Positions 20,235 through 30,756 of a DNA stretch of 64,000 bases are shown in pieces. Position numbers and translations under genes: made by a program. The stretch is from contig JBEKWR010000003.1 in the NCBI GenBank assembly GCA_049512935.1, positions 1-64,000 of the forward strand, given 5' to 3'. Source of the stretch: Candidatus Bathyarchaeia archaeon. GTDB taxonomy: Archaea; Thermoproteota; Bathyarchaeia; Bathyarchaeales; Bathycorpusculaceae. Position 1 is the stretch's first letter; each line of letters starts with the position of its first letter. The notes under the pieces are model-generated. The model was not told the origin of the DNA. It searched no databases and worked only from the letters and a program-made list of their open reading frames with translations.

Positions 20235-21955
20235 TGTACGAATTTGACGTTGTAATCGTCGGCGCAGGCATCGCGGGGTTAACCGCTGCCCTTACCGCTT
20301 CAGAATCCTGCAACGTAGCTGTAATCAGCAAAGTCTACGCTTCCCGCAGCCACAGCGGCGCAGCCCAGGGCGGCATTGCAGCGGCGCTTGGCAACGAGGA
20401 GGAAGACCGCTGGGAATGGCACATGTTCGACACCGTGAAAGGCGGCGACTACTTGGTAGACCAGGATATCGCTGAAATTTTGGCTCGGGAAGCGCCAGCA
20501 AGAGTGATTGAGCTGGAGCATCTTGGCGTGCCCTTCAGCCGCAACCGTGAAGGCAAGATTGAGCAGCGTCGATTCGGTGGGCACACAAGAAATTTCGGCG
20601 AGGCACCTGTAAAGCGGGCGTGTTACGCTTCAGACAGGACGGGGCGTGTAATTATGGATACGCTCTACGATTACTGCTTGGTTCGGGGAGTAAAAATCTT
20701 CAACGAAGTCTTCGTCACCTCGCTTCTAAAGGCTAAAGGGCGATGCTGCGGCGTCGCAGGGTACGAGTTGGCGAACGGTGAACCAGTGGTTTTTCATGCG
20801 AAAGCCGTTTTGTTGGCTACAGGCGGGTGCGGCAGAATCTTCAAAACCACGTCGATGTCTTTTGCAGCAACGGGCGACGGGTTTGCCTTGGCTTTTGACG
20901 CGCAGGTTCCGCTTGAGGACATGGAGTTTGTCCAGTTTCACCCCACGGGAATCCACGGCTTAGGCATCTTGGTCAGCGAAGCGGCGAGGGCTGAAGGCGG
21001 CGTGCTAAGAAACGGCAAGGGCGAGCGGTTCATGGAGCGTTACGCGCCGACGCTGAAGGACCTTGCGCCAAGAGACATCATTTCCCGAGCAATCTTAACC
21101 GAGGTTGCCGCGGGCAGAGGCATCGAAGGCTCCGACTACGTGTACTTGGATTTGACGCACTTGGGAAAGGAGAAGTTGCAGCTGAAGCTCTCCGAGGTTA
21201 CCTCGTTCGTGAAGACCTACCTGGGCATCGACGCGTCTGAATCGCCGATTCCCGTAGCGCCGACCTGCCACTACATGATGGGCGGAATCCCGACCGACGC
21301 ACAAGCACACGTTTTGGCTGACGAAAAATCCGCGGTTGTTCCAGGGTTGTACGCTGCAGGCGAATGCGCATGCGTAAGCGTTCATGGCGCAAACAGGCTA
21401 GGAACAAACTCGCTGGTTGACCTCGTCGTCTTCGGAAAAAGGGCAGGCCTAGACATCGTCGACTACGTAAGCAAGAACCCGCCGACTCCGCTTCCCGCCG
21501 ATGCGGCGCAGCTGGTTTCTTCCAGAATCGATGGGCTGCTGGCTTCTGCTGGAGGCGAACGGGTCGCGGTGATTCGTGAGGAGATGCAGAAAGTCATGAC
21601 TCTGCTGTGCAGTGTTTTCCGCGACAAAAACGGGTTGACGCAGGCCCTAAGCGGGATCCGCGCGCTTCAGGGCAGGCTGGCTAGCGTTGGCTTAAGCTAC
21701 AGGGGTAAACGTTTCAACTATGAACTTGAAGAAGCGTTGGAACTGACTAACATGCTGAACCTGTCCGAAGTCATCGTGTACTCTGCTCTTCAACGTGAAG
21801 AAAGCCGCGGAGCCCACTTCCGCAACGATTTCCCCGAACGCAACGACGCAGAATGGCTTAAGCACACCATGATTTTCCACGCCGCACAAAGGCTTGAGGC
21901 GCGGTACAAACCCGTCGTCGTCACCCGTTTTGAACCTAAAGCGAGGAAGTACTAG
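20234..21955 (+). CDS. sdhA: Succinate dehydrogenase/fumarate reductase flavoprotein
   Basis: [15 protein letters not shown] (covalent FAD His), [22 protein letters not shown]. Confidence 0.95.
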   Translation: MYEFDVVIVGAGIAGLTAALTASESCNVAVISKVYASRSHSGAAQGGIAAALGNEEEDRWEWHMFDTVKGGDYLVDQDIAEILAREAPARVIELEHLGVPFSRNREGKIEQRRFGGHTRNFGEAPVKRACYASDRTGRVIMDTLYDYCLVRGVKIFNEVFVTSLLKAKGRCCGVAGYELANGEPVVFHAKAVLLATGGCGRIFKTTSMSFAATGDGFALAFDAQVPLEDMEFVQFHPTGIHGLGILVSEAARAEGGVLRNGKGERFMERYAPTLKDLAPRDIISRAILTEVAAGRGIEGSDYVYLDLTHLGKEKLQLKLSEVTSFVKTYLGIDASESPIPVAPTCHYMMGGIPTDAQAHVLADEKSAVVPGLYAAGECACVSVHGANRLGTNSLVDLVVFGKRAGLDIVDYVSKNPPTPLPADAAQLVSSRIDGLLASAGGERVAVIREEMQKVMTLLCSVFRDKNGLTQALSGIRALQGRLASVGLSYRGKRFNYELEEALELTNMLNLSEVIVYSALQREESRGAHFRNDFPERNDAEWLKHTMIFHAAQRLEARYKPVVVTRFEPKARKY

Positions 21956-21956
21956 C

Positions 21957-22694
21957 ATGAACGTGAAACTGAAAATCTTCCGCTTCGACCCCAAAGTCGA
22001 CAAAGAACCCCACTACGACACCTTCGAGGTCGACGCCAAACCCACCGACAGGCTGCTTGACTGCCTCAACAAGGTCCGCTGGACAATCGATGGCGGCTTA
22101 GCTTACCGCATGAGCTGCGCACACGGCATCTGCGGCTCCGACGGAATGACGATCAACGGGGTTTCAGCGTTGGCATGCCAGAAACTGGTCAGGGACTACC
22201 CAGCCGACAAGGAAATCCTCATTGACCCCTTAAGCGTTTTTAGAGTCGTCAAGGACTTGGTCGTGGACATGGAGCCATTTTTTGCTACAGAAAAATCTGT
22301 TCATCCAGCCGACGGCATAACCTTAACCGAGACTGAAGAAGGCAAGGAACACCAGCAAACGGTCGAGCAGCGGTCACAGTTTGACGATGACATCAAATGC
22401 ATCATGTGCGCCTGCTGCGTCTCCGCCTGCCCAGTCAGCCAAATAGAAGACCCAGCCTACGTGGGTCCAGCCGCCATCGTAAGGGCGCACAGGTACATTT
22501 TTGACAGCCGCATCAAAGACATGCTTGAGCGCTTGCAGATCATGGATAAGCCGCACGGTGCGTTTAGCTGCAAAACATATTACAGGTGCACCCTTGTTTG
22601 CCCCAAGTCCATTCAAGTGACCAAGCACATCTTGGAAGTTAGAAAACAAATCCTACATGAACTGCGAACAAAAAACCACGTTCCACCTAAATGA
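21957..22694 (+). CDS. sdhB: Succinate dehydrogenase/fumarate reductase Fe-S subunit
   Basis: SCAHGICGSD [2Fe-2S], CIMCACCVSACP, CKTYYRCTLVCP. Confidence 0.93.
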   Translation: MNVKLKIFRFDPKVDKEPHYDTFEVDAKPTDRLLDCLNKVRWTIDGGLAYRMSCAHGICGSDGMTINGVSALACQKLVRDYPADKEILIDPLSVFRVVKDLVVDMEPFFATEKSVHPADGITLTETEEGKEHQQTVEQRSQFDDDIKCIMCACCVSACPVSQIEDPAYVGPAAIVRAHRYIFDSRIKDMLERLQIMDKPHGAFSCKTYYRCTLVCPKSIQVTKHILEVRKQILHELRTKNHVPPK

Positions 22695-22824
22695 ATCTTG
22701 GCTTCCAAAGCGGGCTATGCCCCTCAGGGATCTGCTCGCTTTTTTCACGGCAAGTAAATTCCCGCTTTGGCGAAAACGTTTATAAAAACCCTTAAAGACT
22801 CACCCTTCACTCAAGTGAGTAAGC

Positions 22825-23091
22825 ATGAGCAACTCTCAAACCCTTGAAAAACCAGCCAAGCAACAAAAAACTAAGACAGTGGCTTGCATCCGCTGCGGCG
22901 TGTGCATGCGCTCCTGTCCGCACAACCTGAGCCCAGTGCTGATCAAGGAGGCTTTTGACAAGAACCAGAAGGAAAAGCTGAAGCGGCTTAGGGTGGACCT
23001 GTGCGAGGGCTGCGGAAACTGCACTTACGTGTGCCCTTCGAGAATCGACCTCAGGGCTTCCGTGCTCAGAGCCAAGGCATCGGTGCGTTAA
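22825..23091 (+). CDS. Small 2x[4Fe-4S] ferredoxin, RnfC-C-terminal-like
   Basis: CIRCGVCMRSCP and CEGCGNCTYVCPSRI. Confidence 0.8.
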   Translation: MSNSQTLEKPAKQQKTKTVACIRCGVCMRSCPHNLSPVLIKEAFDKNQKEKLKRLRVDLCEGCGNCTYVCPSRIDLRASVLRAKASVR

Positions 23092-23300
23092 GAGACAGTT
23101 CAAAAACTCTTGCGCTAAAAAATATTTCTACCCTGAATACATTTTAACATAGTAGTTTTGAATTTCTTCTTTTCTGAGCAATCGTTTGGCAAAGTCGCCT
23201 CGAAAATTCATGCTTATGAACGTTGAGGGTTTAAACCTGATAATATTTATATTTGGCGTCACTGTTTTACTGCAAGGAAAAACAAAGGATTAGAGCAATC

Positions 23301-23765
23301 TTGACCACTCCTCACGATGTTCCAGCTTCAAAATTCATCGATCGTTTAGCCAAGTATCTTAGGGAAAACGTTGATGAGGTTCAGCCTCTTCCATGGGCAG
23401 CCTTCGCTAAAACAGGCAATCACGTTGAGAAGCAGCCACAGAACCCGAACTGGTGGTACACTCGGAGCGCGTCTGTGCTTCGTAAAGTTTACATCCACGG
23501 TCCGATCGGGTTGGAGAAGCTGCGTGCTGATTACGGCGGAAGAAAGAATAACGGCGTTAAGAAGAATCATGTAGTTAAGGCAGGCGGAAGTAACATTCGC
23601 AAGATTCTTCAGCAGCTTGAAAGCGCTGGTTTGGTTCAAACCACTAAGCCTTCTGGCAGAGTGATGACTCCTAAGGGTCGCAAACTGCTTCAAGAAGTCG
23701 CTGGAGACTTGAACAAAGAGTTGGTTAAGAGCATCCCTGAGCTCAAGAAGTATCAAGGCGAATAG
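23301..23765 (+). CDS. rps19e: 30S ribosomal protein S19e
   Basis: WWYTRSASVLRKVY, YGGRK, IRKILQQLE; TTG start at 23301. Confidence 0.95.
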   Translation: MTTPHDVPASKFIDRLAKYLRENVDEVQPLPWAAFAKTGNHVEKQPQNPNWWYTRSASVLRKVYIHGPIGLEKLRADYGGRKNNGVKKNHVVKAGGSNIRKILQQLESAGLVQTTKPSGRVMTPKGRKLLQEVAGDLNKELVKSIPELKKYQGE

Positions 23766-23770
23766 CAACA

Positions 23771-24100
23771 ATGTCGGATGACGAGCTTGACCAAATCCGC
23801 AAAAGAAAACTGTCATCTTTGCAGCACCGAATGAGTGACGAGCAAAGGCAATCTCAAGAAGAAGCGCAGTATGAAGCGCAAAAGCAGGCGTTGCTGAACA
23901 AGATATTGGCGCCTGAGGCGCGACAAAGGCTAAATAACCTGAAGATGGTTAAGCCAGAGTTTGCAGATCAAATTGAAATGCAGCTGATTCAGATGGCGCA
24001 GACAGGCAAGTTGCCCATCCCGTTGAGTGACGCTCAGCTCAAGCAGATATTAATTCAGCTTCAGTCACGGAAGCGAGAAACAACGATTAGAAGGATATGA
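23771..24100 (+). CDS. PDCD5-family DNA-binding protein
   Basis: [30 protein letters not shown]; synteny. Confidence 0.92.
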   Translation: MSDDELDQIRKRKLSSLQHRMSDEQRQSQEEAQYEAQKQALLNKILAPEARQRLNNLKMVKPEFADQIEMQLIQMAQTGKLPIPLSDAQLKQILIQLQSRKRETTIRRI

Positions 24101-24104
24101 AAGT

Positions 24105-24263
24105 ATGGCGCGTGTTAAACCCACAGCGAAAAAGCTTCGGCTAGCTAAGGCTAGCAAAATGTCATCGTCTGTTCCCACATGGGTTATTGCCCGAACTGAC
24201 GGTAAGGTTAGAAATAACCCTAAGCAAAGGCGCAAGTGGCGAACTAGGAAAATAAAGGCTTAG
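24105..24263 (+). CDS. rpl39e: 50S ribosomal protein L39e (absent from ORF track)
   Basis: Manual translation [52 protein letters not shown]. Confidence 0.95.
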   Translation: MARVKPTAKKLRLAKASKMSSSVPTWVIARTDGKVRNNPKQRRKWRTRKIKA

Positions 24264-24279
24264 GAGACGTTAGAAGCAG

Positions 24280-24768
24280 ATGGTAACTGAAGAAAAAGAA
24301 CAACAGCAAACCGTTACAGAAGAAGAGATGCCTCCGATTTCCGAAGAGGAAACCGTTAAGGAAGAGGTTCCTGTTGAGGTTCCTGCGGAAGAGAAGCCGA
24401 TGGAGCTTCCTCCGGAAGAGATCCCAGCGGAGGAGGCTAAGGCTGAGCGGAAGAAGAAAGAGGAAGAGGAAATTGTTGAAGAGAGAACTTACACTATTCC
24501 TCTGTCAAGAGCTCTGATTAGGCCGCCGAAGAAGCGCTCTCCAAGAGCGATGGAGATGATAAAGATTTTCATTACCAAGCACATGAAGCTGGAGATGAAG
24601 GTTTCCGAGGAAGAGGAAGAAGAGGAGCTGCCTCAACTCATAATAAGCAAGGAAGTTAACGAGAAAATCTGGAGCAGAGGCATAGAGAAGCCGCCGCGGA
24701 AAATCAGGGTTCGCGCAGCCAAAGACAAAGACGGAAACGTAACAGTTTACTTGGCTGAAGCAGCATAA
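24280..24768 (+). CDS. rpl31e: 50S ribosomal protein L31e with acidic extension
   Basis: ERTYTIPL, KRSPRA, VNEKIWSRGIEKPPRKIRV. Confidence 0.93.
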   Translation: MVTEEKEQQQTVTEEEMPPISEEETVKEEVPVEVPAEEKPMELPPEEIPAEEAKAERKKKEEEEIVEERTYTIPLSRALIRPPKKRSPRAMEMIKIFITKHMKLEMKVSEEEEEEELPQLIISKEVNEKIWSRGIEKPPRKIRVRAAKDKDGNVTVYLAEAA

Positions 24769-25016
24769 GCAATTTTTTTTCCTAATCCCCGCGCCGCCTT
24801 ACTCATTATTAAAAAACACTTTTCGATAATTCTATCACCATTTTAGGTTAATTCATTTGCGCAACATGGTCAGAAAATAAAAGGAAATGCGCGTACGTAT
24901 TTGCCATGCGACATGACAATGTCAAATCCAAACTGCCCTAACTAAGAAAAGTTATATACCTTTCTTAGGTACTGAGTGCTTAGTTAACGAATAATGTACT
25001 TCTGAAAAACACAATT

Positions 25017-27497
25017 GTGACCATAATGTCTGAGCCAGCAAGCACCGATTCGGAGCGGAACAAGATTGCTCCTGCAAAACATTGGTCAAGCAAAAATAAC
25101 AGGCATAACGACGTAGAACGGGGCAAATTTCTTCTTGAGCTCTATCAGAAAGCCTTGCTTTTGTCCGAGAAGGAACTTTATGACTATTTCTTAGATAACG
25201 CAGTAAGTCTTACTGGGAGCACGATTGGTTTTTTCCATTTTGTTTCAGACGATCAAAAATCTATCAACCTGACAGCTTGGAACGGTGAAGCACTCAAAAA
25301 CTGCGTCGCTAATTACAGCACCCATTACCCCATCGAATTAGCTGGGAACTGGGTTGACTGCCTTCGACTTAGGCATCCCGTCATTTACAACGACTTTCCG
25401 AAATCTCCTAACCAAAAGGGATTCCCGGCGGGTCACGTTTTGGTTAAGCGTTTCATGAGTATTCCTGTATTTGAGAGTGGCAAGGCTAAGATAATTTTTG
25501 GTGTAGGCAATAAAATCGACCCCTACACTGAAGATGATGCTATTCAACTTCAACTCATAGCGAATGAGTTGCTCAAAATCTACAAGCAACGCGAAGCGGA
25601 ATATTCACTGCGCGAGTCTGAAAAAAAGTACCGTTCTTTATTTGAGAACATGTTGGACGGGTTTGTTTTTTGCCAAATGATAGTTGATGAACAGAATGAG
25701 CCAGTGGATTGGGTCTATCTTGAAATTAATGATGCCTTCGAACGGATAACTGGTCTGAAAAGAGAAACTTTAGTTGGAAAAAGAGTTATGGAAGCGACAC
25801 CTAGAATAAAATCAGCCAATCCTGAGTTGTTTGAAATCTACCGCAGAGTTGCGCTCACCGGCAAGGAAGAGAGATTTGAAATATTTTACAAGCCTTTAAG
25901 CCTATGGCTATCCGTTTCCGTGTACTGCCCGATGAAAGGGTATGTTGCAGCTGTATTAGAGGATGTTACCGAGCACAAGAAGGGTGACGAGGAGCTTTGG
26001 AAGGCGAAAAATGATTGGGAACGCACTTTTGACAGTGTTCCAGATTTCATAGCTATCGTTGATAATCAATATCGTATTGTTCGAGCTAATCGAGCGATGG
26101 CGCAGCAGCTAGGCGTCACGCCGGAACAAGCTGTTGGGCTCTTCTGCTATCGATGTGTTCATGGGTTAGAGAGTGCACCTGATTTTTGTCCACATGCGCA
26201 AACCGTGAAAGACGAAAAAGAGCATACGGCTGAAGTGCATGAGCCCCGCCTCGGAGGAGACTTCTTAGTGACAACGACTCCTCTAAGAAACGCAAATGGG
26301 AACATGATTGGGTCAGTGCATGTAGCCCGAAACATCACGGAACGCAAGAAAGCTGAAGAAGCACTGAAAGAAAACGAAAAAAGACTAAACAGAAGCCAAG
26401 AGATTGCGCATCTTGGCAGTTGGGAACTTGATCTGTTAACAGACAAACTTACTTGGTCTGATGAGGTGTACAGAATTTTTGGTTTGAAACCACAAGAGTT
26501 CGGCGCTACTTATGAAGCATTTTTGCAAGCGGTGCATTCGGATGACCGTAAAGCTGTTGACGACGCATATTCTGGCTCTTTGCGTGAGGGCAGGGACTCT
26601 TATGAAATTGAACATCGAGTGGTGAGAGAATCAACCGGCGAAATTCGTATCGTTCACGAAAAATGTGTGCACGTTAGGGATGAAACTGGCAAAATTACTC
26701 GCTCAATCGGCATGGTGCAGGACATTACTGAACGAAGAATTATGGAAGCTAAGCTTGAAGCATACAGTGAGCACTTGGAGAATTTGGTTGAAGAAAGAAC
26801 TAGGCAGCTTAAAGATTCTGAACGCCTGGCTGCAATTGGTGCCACAGCAGGGATGGTTGGACACGACATCCGTAACCCGTTGCAGGCGATAACTGGCGAT
26901 GTTTACTTGGTCAAGACAGAGTTGGCTTCGCTTCCTGACAGCGATGAGAAAAAGAACTCTTTGGATAGTCTGCAGGAAATTGAAAAGAATATCGACTACA
27001 TTAACAAGATTGTTACGGATCTCCAGGACTTCGCTAAACCTCTTAATCCTTGCGTTGAAGAAGCCGACTTAAAACTCATAATCACTGAATTATTAGCAAA
27101 GAACAATTTGCCAGAGAATGTTGAGGTAAACGTTAAAGTGGAGACGGAAGTTAGAAAAGTTGTCTCTGACCCCGATTACATAAACCGTATCCTATACAAT
27201 TTGGTCACCAATGCAGTTCAAGCCATGCCAAAAGGCGGAAACCTAACGATACATGCCTATAAAGACAATAAAGCAAATGACGTAGTCTTGACTGTTGAGG
27301 ACACAGGCGTAGGCGTTCCAGAAAAAGTGAAAGATAAATTGTTCACGCCAATGTTTACGACAAAATCAAAAGGCCAAGGATTTGGTTTAGCCGTAGTTAA
27401 ACGAATGACAGAGGCGTTAGGTGGAACTGTAACGTTTGAAAGCCGAGTTGGAGTCGGCACCACATTCACAATAAAAATCCCTGTGAAAAAACAGTAA
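25017..27497 (+). CDS. Cytoplasmic sensor histidine kinase (GAF-PAS-PAS-PAS-HisKA-HATPase)
   Basis: H-box GHDIRNPL, N-box NLVTNA, DTGVG, GFGLAV; PAS/PAC repeats; no TM. Confidence 0.92.
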   Translation: MTIMSEPASTDSERNKIAPAKHWSSKNNRHNDVERGKFLLELYQKALLLSEKELYDYFLDNAVSLTGSTIGFFHFVSDDQKSINLTAWNGEALKNCVANYSTHYPIELAGNWVDCLRLRHPVIYNDFPKSPNQKGFPAGHVLVKRFMSIPVFESGKAKIIFGVGNKIDPYTEDDAIQLQLIANELLKIYKQREAEYSLRESEKKYRSLFENMLDGFVFCQMIVDEQNEPVDWVYLEINDAFERITGLKRETLVGKRVMEATPRIKSANPELFEIYRRVALTGKEERFEIFYKPLSLWLSVSVYCPMKGYVAAVLEDVTEHKKGDEELWKAKNDWERTFDSVPDFIAIVDNQYRIVRANRAMAQQLGVTPEQAVGLFCYRCVHGLESAPDFCPHAQTVKDEKEHTAEVHEPRLGGDFLVTTTPLRNANGNMIGSVHVARNITERKKAEEALKENEKRLNRSQEIAHLGSWELDLLTDKLTWSDEVYRIFGLKPQEFGATYEAFLQAVHSDDRKAVDDAYSGSLREGRDSYEIEHRVVRESTGEIRIVHEKCVHVRDETGKITRSIGMVQDITERRIMEAKLEAYSEHLENLVEERTRQLKDSERLAAIGATAGMVGHDIRNPLQAITGDVYLVKTELASLPDSDEKKNSLDSLQEIEKNIDYINKIVTDLQDFAKPLNPCVEEADLKLIITELLAKNNLPENVEVNVKVETEVRKVVSDPDYINRILYNLVTNAVQAMPKGGNLTIHAYKDNKANDVVLTVEDTGVGVPEKVKDKLFTPMFTTKSKGQGFGLAVVKRMTEALGGTVTFESRVGVGTTFTIKIPVKKQ

Positions 27498-27518
27498 CCC
27501 CTTTCTTAAACAAATAGG

Positions 27519-27559
27519 TAAGTATGGGTACCCATACTAAGTATGGGGGGGCATACTTA
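27519..27559. repeat. Tandem palindromes AGTATG...CATACT
   Basis: Perfect AGTATGGGTACCCATACT at 27521-27538, followed by TAAGTATG-N6-CATACTTA at 27538-27559. Confidence 0.7.
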
Positions 27560-27853
27560 AGAATTTTTTTTCTTATGCGCCCCTCTTTAAGTTCACTAGC
27601 GGTTCACTCTTAGCTGCGAATTTCTTAACTGTGAGGGCAAAAATAGCGTTAAGTCGGATTTAGCCGCGCGCTAACATTGAGGCAAGGCGCAAAAAACAAT
27701 CAGGGGAGCGACTTACTCATGTTAGCAGCCACACCCGCCTAACAAGTTGTCTCTTAACTGTTGCTTCCTTCTGATACTGTAAACTTATCTGTCATGGCTG
27801 ACTCTCTTCTTACGACCAAAAAATTCATTTGAAAAATCGTCTGCTTGATGAGA

Positions 27854-28597
27854 TTAGTAATTATCGTTAAAGGAATTACGTGAACTTGACTCGGTTTCAA
27901 TACTGTTACTTTTTGAGAACTCTTCGAGCTGGTCAAGAATTTCCTTTTGGAGTTTCTGGCACTTTTCAAAATAAGATTTCATCTCAGAGCTTAACTGAGG
28001 CTTTTCCATCAATAGGGCTTTTGAAACGCTTGAATATAGTTTGTCTAAATCACCCTGAAGCCCACCCCGATAGTTAAGGTCAAGCCCCATATACTCGGCA
28101 AAATCGCGTTCACTACAGTTTGAAATCTGCCTATTAGCTACTTCAGATATTTGTGTCCATCTCTTGTAAAATTCATCATACGCCAAAAGGTATGCGTCGA
28201 TTTTAAGTGGTAATCCTCTCGGATAAAGTGAAAGGCGAATGAATTTCCCATATTTTTCCAAATCTAACCTTAATTTTCTCGTTTCGGTCTTTTCCAAAAA
28301 GCGTTTTTCGCTAGGTGAGAACTCCACCGTCAGCCCTGAGAGAATATGCCTTTGTACGTATCCAAGTTTCTTAAAAAGCGAACTTCTCAGTCTTTCCCAA
28401 ACTAGCAAAATTACAACTATAGACGATGTGAGACTTGAAACCGCTGTCAAAATCGCTGATGCATCGAAACTATTGTGGTAAAGGTAGATAGTAACTCCGA
28501 AAACTGTGACTATGAAAAGAGAGGGCAAAACGAAAACTAACATAGTCAGTTTATTACTAACAGGCATCATGGATTCTCTACCTCTTTGAAGAAGCAT
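27854..28597 (-). CDS. Passenger: hypothetical protein, two N-terminal TMs plus helical domain
   Basis: 247-aa ORF inside the TIRs. Confidence 0.65.
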   Translation of the reverse strand: MLLQRGRESMMPVSNKLTMLVFVLPSLFIVTVFGVTIYLYHNSFDASAILTAVSSLTSSIVVILLVWERLRSSLFKKLGYVQRHILSGLTVEFSPSEKRFLEKTETRKLRLDLEKYGKFIRLSLYPRGLPLKIDAYLLAYDEFYKRWTQISEVANRQISNCSERDFAEYMGLDLNYRGGLQGDLDKLYSSVSKALLMEKPQLSSEMKSYFEKCQKLQKEILDQLEEFSKSNSIETESSSRNSFNDNY

Positions 28598-28638
28598 TAT
28601 GAGAGTCAGTATTATTTTTCTTTTGAGGTAGATACGGT

Positions 28639-28944
28639 TTGAGTTATTCAGGTCAAAGAGGCTCTAGTTATGGTAGTCAGATTAGACGGGCTAGAATGGT
28701 TCAGGCTAGGCGAACCCCTCACGCTAAAGAGATTGATTCAGGTTTGAAAGCGCCAATAGCTAAGAATGTGGAACAGTGGTTGTCAGCGCCTAACCGTTAT
28801 GACTTACCCGATGTTGACATGAACAAACCGAAAGAAGCGGAAAAGAAGCGAGAACCCGACAAACCCTTTGAGCCGAAGCCATTAACGCACAGCGAAATCC
28901 AGCGGAGATTAGCCTATCATAAGGTAATGGGAACAACCCATTAA
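28639..28944 (+). CDS. Passenger: small basic hypothetical protein
   Basis: 101-aa ORF preceded by GAGGT and followed by a T-tract. Confidence 0.6.
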   Translation: MSYSGQRGSSYGSQIRRARMVQARRTPHAKEIDSGLKAPIAKNVEQWLSAPNRYDLPDVDMNKPKEAEKKREPDKPFEPKPLTHSEIQRRLAYHKVMGTTH

Positions 28945-28968
28945 CTTCTATTTTTTTTTATGTCTATG

Positions 28969-29355
28969 CTAAGTATAAACAAAGAGCAAGACTGTTATTA
29001 TCGCCATTATTACAGTCAAGACAATTACTTCTTTTCGTTGGTTGAACCTAAAAGTTGAAGCAAACCAAATGTTGCATAGACACACCAATGAACCCGTCAG
29101 AGCCAGCACTTTGAAGAAACTGTTTGGCAACATTTTCTCAAGAAACGGCAAAAAAACGTAATTTGCGAACACTGTGATTACTATGTTTTCAAGTATGAAT
29201 GCAAGGAAAAGTAAGTAAAAACCTTTGAAATGATAATCGCCTCTTATTGTTCCATGTGCAGTACCCATTTTGACTATTGAACCTGAAAGCATAATGGCAA
29301 TCAAAATTATGTCGAACACAGCAAAAACGTCAACAAACAAAGTCATTCCAATCAC
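28969..29355 (-). CDS. Passenger: four-TM membrane protein
   Basis: 128-aa hydrophobic ORF. Confidence 0.6.
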   Translation of the reverse strand: MIGMTLFVDVFAVFDIILIAIMLSGSIVKMGTAHGTIRGDYHFKGFYLLFLAFILENIVITVFANYVFLPFLEKMLPNSFFKVLALTGSLVCLCNIWFASTFRFNQRKEVIVLTVIMAIITVLLFVYT

Positions 29356-29376
29356 TCATTTTTCTATTGATTAACT

Positions 29377-29559
29377 ATGAAAACTGAAAGTTTTGTAATA
29401 GCCACTGTCATAATCAGTTTAATTACTCTCCTTAGTTCAGCGATGTATTTTTCACAATTTCTAAAATATGTCGGAACTGCCGATTTAATGCTCATGTCCT
29501 TTGGGATTGGAGTGTGGGTTAACTCGATTCGTCATCCCTCTAAATCTCTGAAATTTTGA
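29377..29559 (+). CDS. Passenger: possible small two-TM protein
   Basis: 60-aa hydrophobic ATG ORF; overlaps the end of a convergent gene. Confidence 0.35.
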   Translation: MKTESFVIATVIISLITLLSSAMYFSQFLKYVGTADLMLMSFGIGVWVNSIRHPSKSLKF

Positions 29560-29720
29560 GCTGTTTTTTCGATTTTCGCCTTAATTTTAGTTTCCCATTC
29601 TTCTTGCGTCATGATTCCCTTTTCTTCCAGAACCTCAACAAGTGACGTTAGCATGTGGTCTAAGACATCGATTTCTTGCGCTAGTTCCTTTGCGGTTTCT
29701 TTCTTGATTTTTTCGGTCAT
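29532..29720 (-). CDS. Passenger: small helical protein coupled to the RHH gene
   Basis: ATGA overlap with upstream gene; LVEVLEEKGIMTQEEW. Confidence 0.65.
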   Translation of the reverse strand: MTEKIKKETAKELAQEIDVLDHMLTSLVEVLEEKGIMTQEEWETKIKAKIEKTAQNFRDLEG

Positions 29721-29872
29721 GGCTCTTCCTTCTTTGCTAAGTAGCCTTTTTCGCTTAAGAAACTTATCACCATAGTTCTGATAACTTCGCTGTCGCTTTC
29801 CCCTAATTGACCTTTAAGATTGTGAATTTGGGTGTAAATTCCGTCTGGAAGGCTAACTAAGACTTTCTTCAT
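29717..29872 (-). CDS. Ribbon-helix-helix (CopG-like) protein
   Basis: MKKVLVSLPDGIY...SDSEVIR; ATG overlaps the transposase stop (ATGA). Confidence 0.75.
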   Translation of the reverse strand: MKKVLVSLPDGIYTQIHNLKGQLGESDSEVIRTMVISFLSEKGYLAKKEEP

Positions 29873-30756
29873 TGAGCATACACCTCGACAATTCGCTTTG
29901 ACATGTCTTTCTCTTTCTCGGTTTCCTCTTTCGTTGCTTCTTTGATAAGTGTGTTCCAATCATTCTTGAGTGCGATTCCAGCGGCTTGAGCTGGAGTCAT
30001 TTTAAGGGTTTGGTGTTTTCGCACATAGTTGTAGTGGATAACCCAGCCGTCTAAGAGTGTGTTGACTGCTTCCATGTCCTTCAAGCCTCTAGCTGGCTTC
30101 AACCTGTCTTTGAGTGTGCTATGCAGTCTTTCAACGGCGTTTTGGTTGTGGACATTTCGGATACCGACGCTTCTAATTAGTTCAGGTCTGCCTTCTTTCT
30201 TCATGGTTCGCCAAAGTTTGTTGTAGGCATCAACGTAAGCTGGAAGTCCGTCGCAATAGATTGAAACAGGTTTTCTTTTGGTTAGTTTGACGCTTTCGTT
30301 GAAAACTGCCATTGCATCCTCGGTAGTGCGTGAACCGCTTAAGTGGCTTCCAACTATCATTTTGGTCTGTTCGTCAATCATTTCCCAGAACCATTTTTGA
30401 ACCCCTTTGCACTTTATCGCCGTTTCGTCAATGTGGTATATGCCTAACACTTGAGGGCTGAGGGTTTCAACGAATTTTGTGACTAAGACGGAATACTTCA
30501 TTAACCATTTCCAGACAGCCGTTTGGCTAACGCTGACACCATACAGTTTCTCAATTTGGGTTTGGATTTTTCTAACGCTTAAGCCTTCATAGTACATGTC
30601 GATGCTTGAACTAATTATGCGTGATTGAGTTCTCATTTTTGGAAAGTCTGAGCCTTCCGTGAATCTGTGACCACAATCTTTGCATTTAAAGATTGGTTCG
30701 CCTTTCGCTGAGCCGTTTTTGACGATTTTTTCTGAGCCACAGTATTTGCAGTTCAT
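29869..30756 (-). CDS. IS6-family-like DDE transposase
   Basis: Zn ribbon CKYC/CKDC, HTH GLSVRKI, catalytic HIDET / YCDG / NAVER. Confidence 0.9.
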   Translation of the reverse strand: MNCKYCGSEKIVKNGSAKGEPIFKCKDCGHRFTEGSDFPKMRTQSRIISSSIDMYYEGLSVRKIQTQIEKLYGVSVSQTAVWKWLMKYSVLVTKFVETLSPQVLGIYHIDETAIKCKGVQKWFWEMIDEQTKMIVGSHLSGSRTTEDAMAVFNESVKLTKRKPVSIYCDGLPAYVDAYNKLWRTMKKEGRPELIRSVGIRNVHNQNAVERLHSTLKDRLKPARGLKDMEAVNTLLDGWVIHYNYVRKHQTLKMTPAQAAGIALKNDWNTLIKEATKEETEKEKDMSKRIVEVYAQ

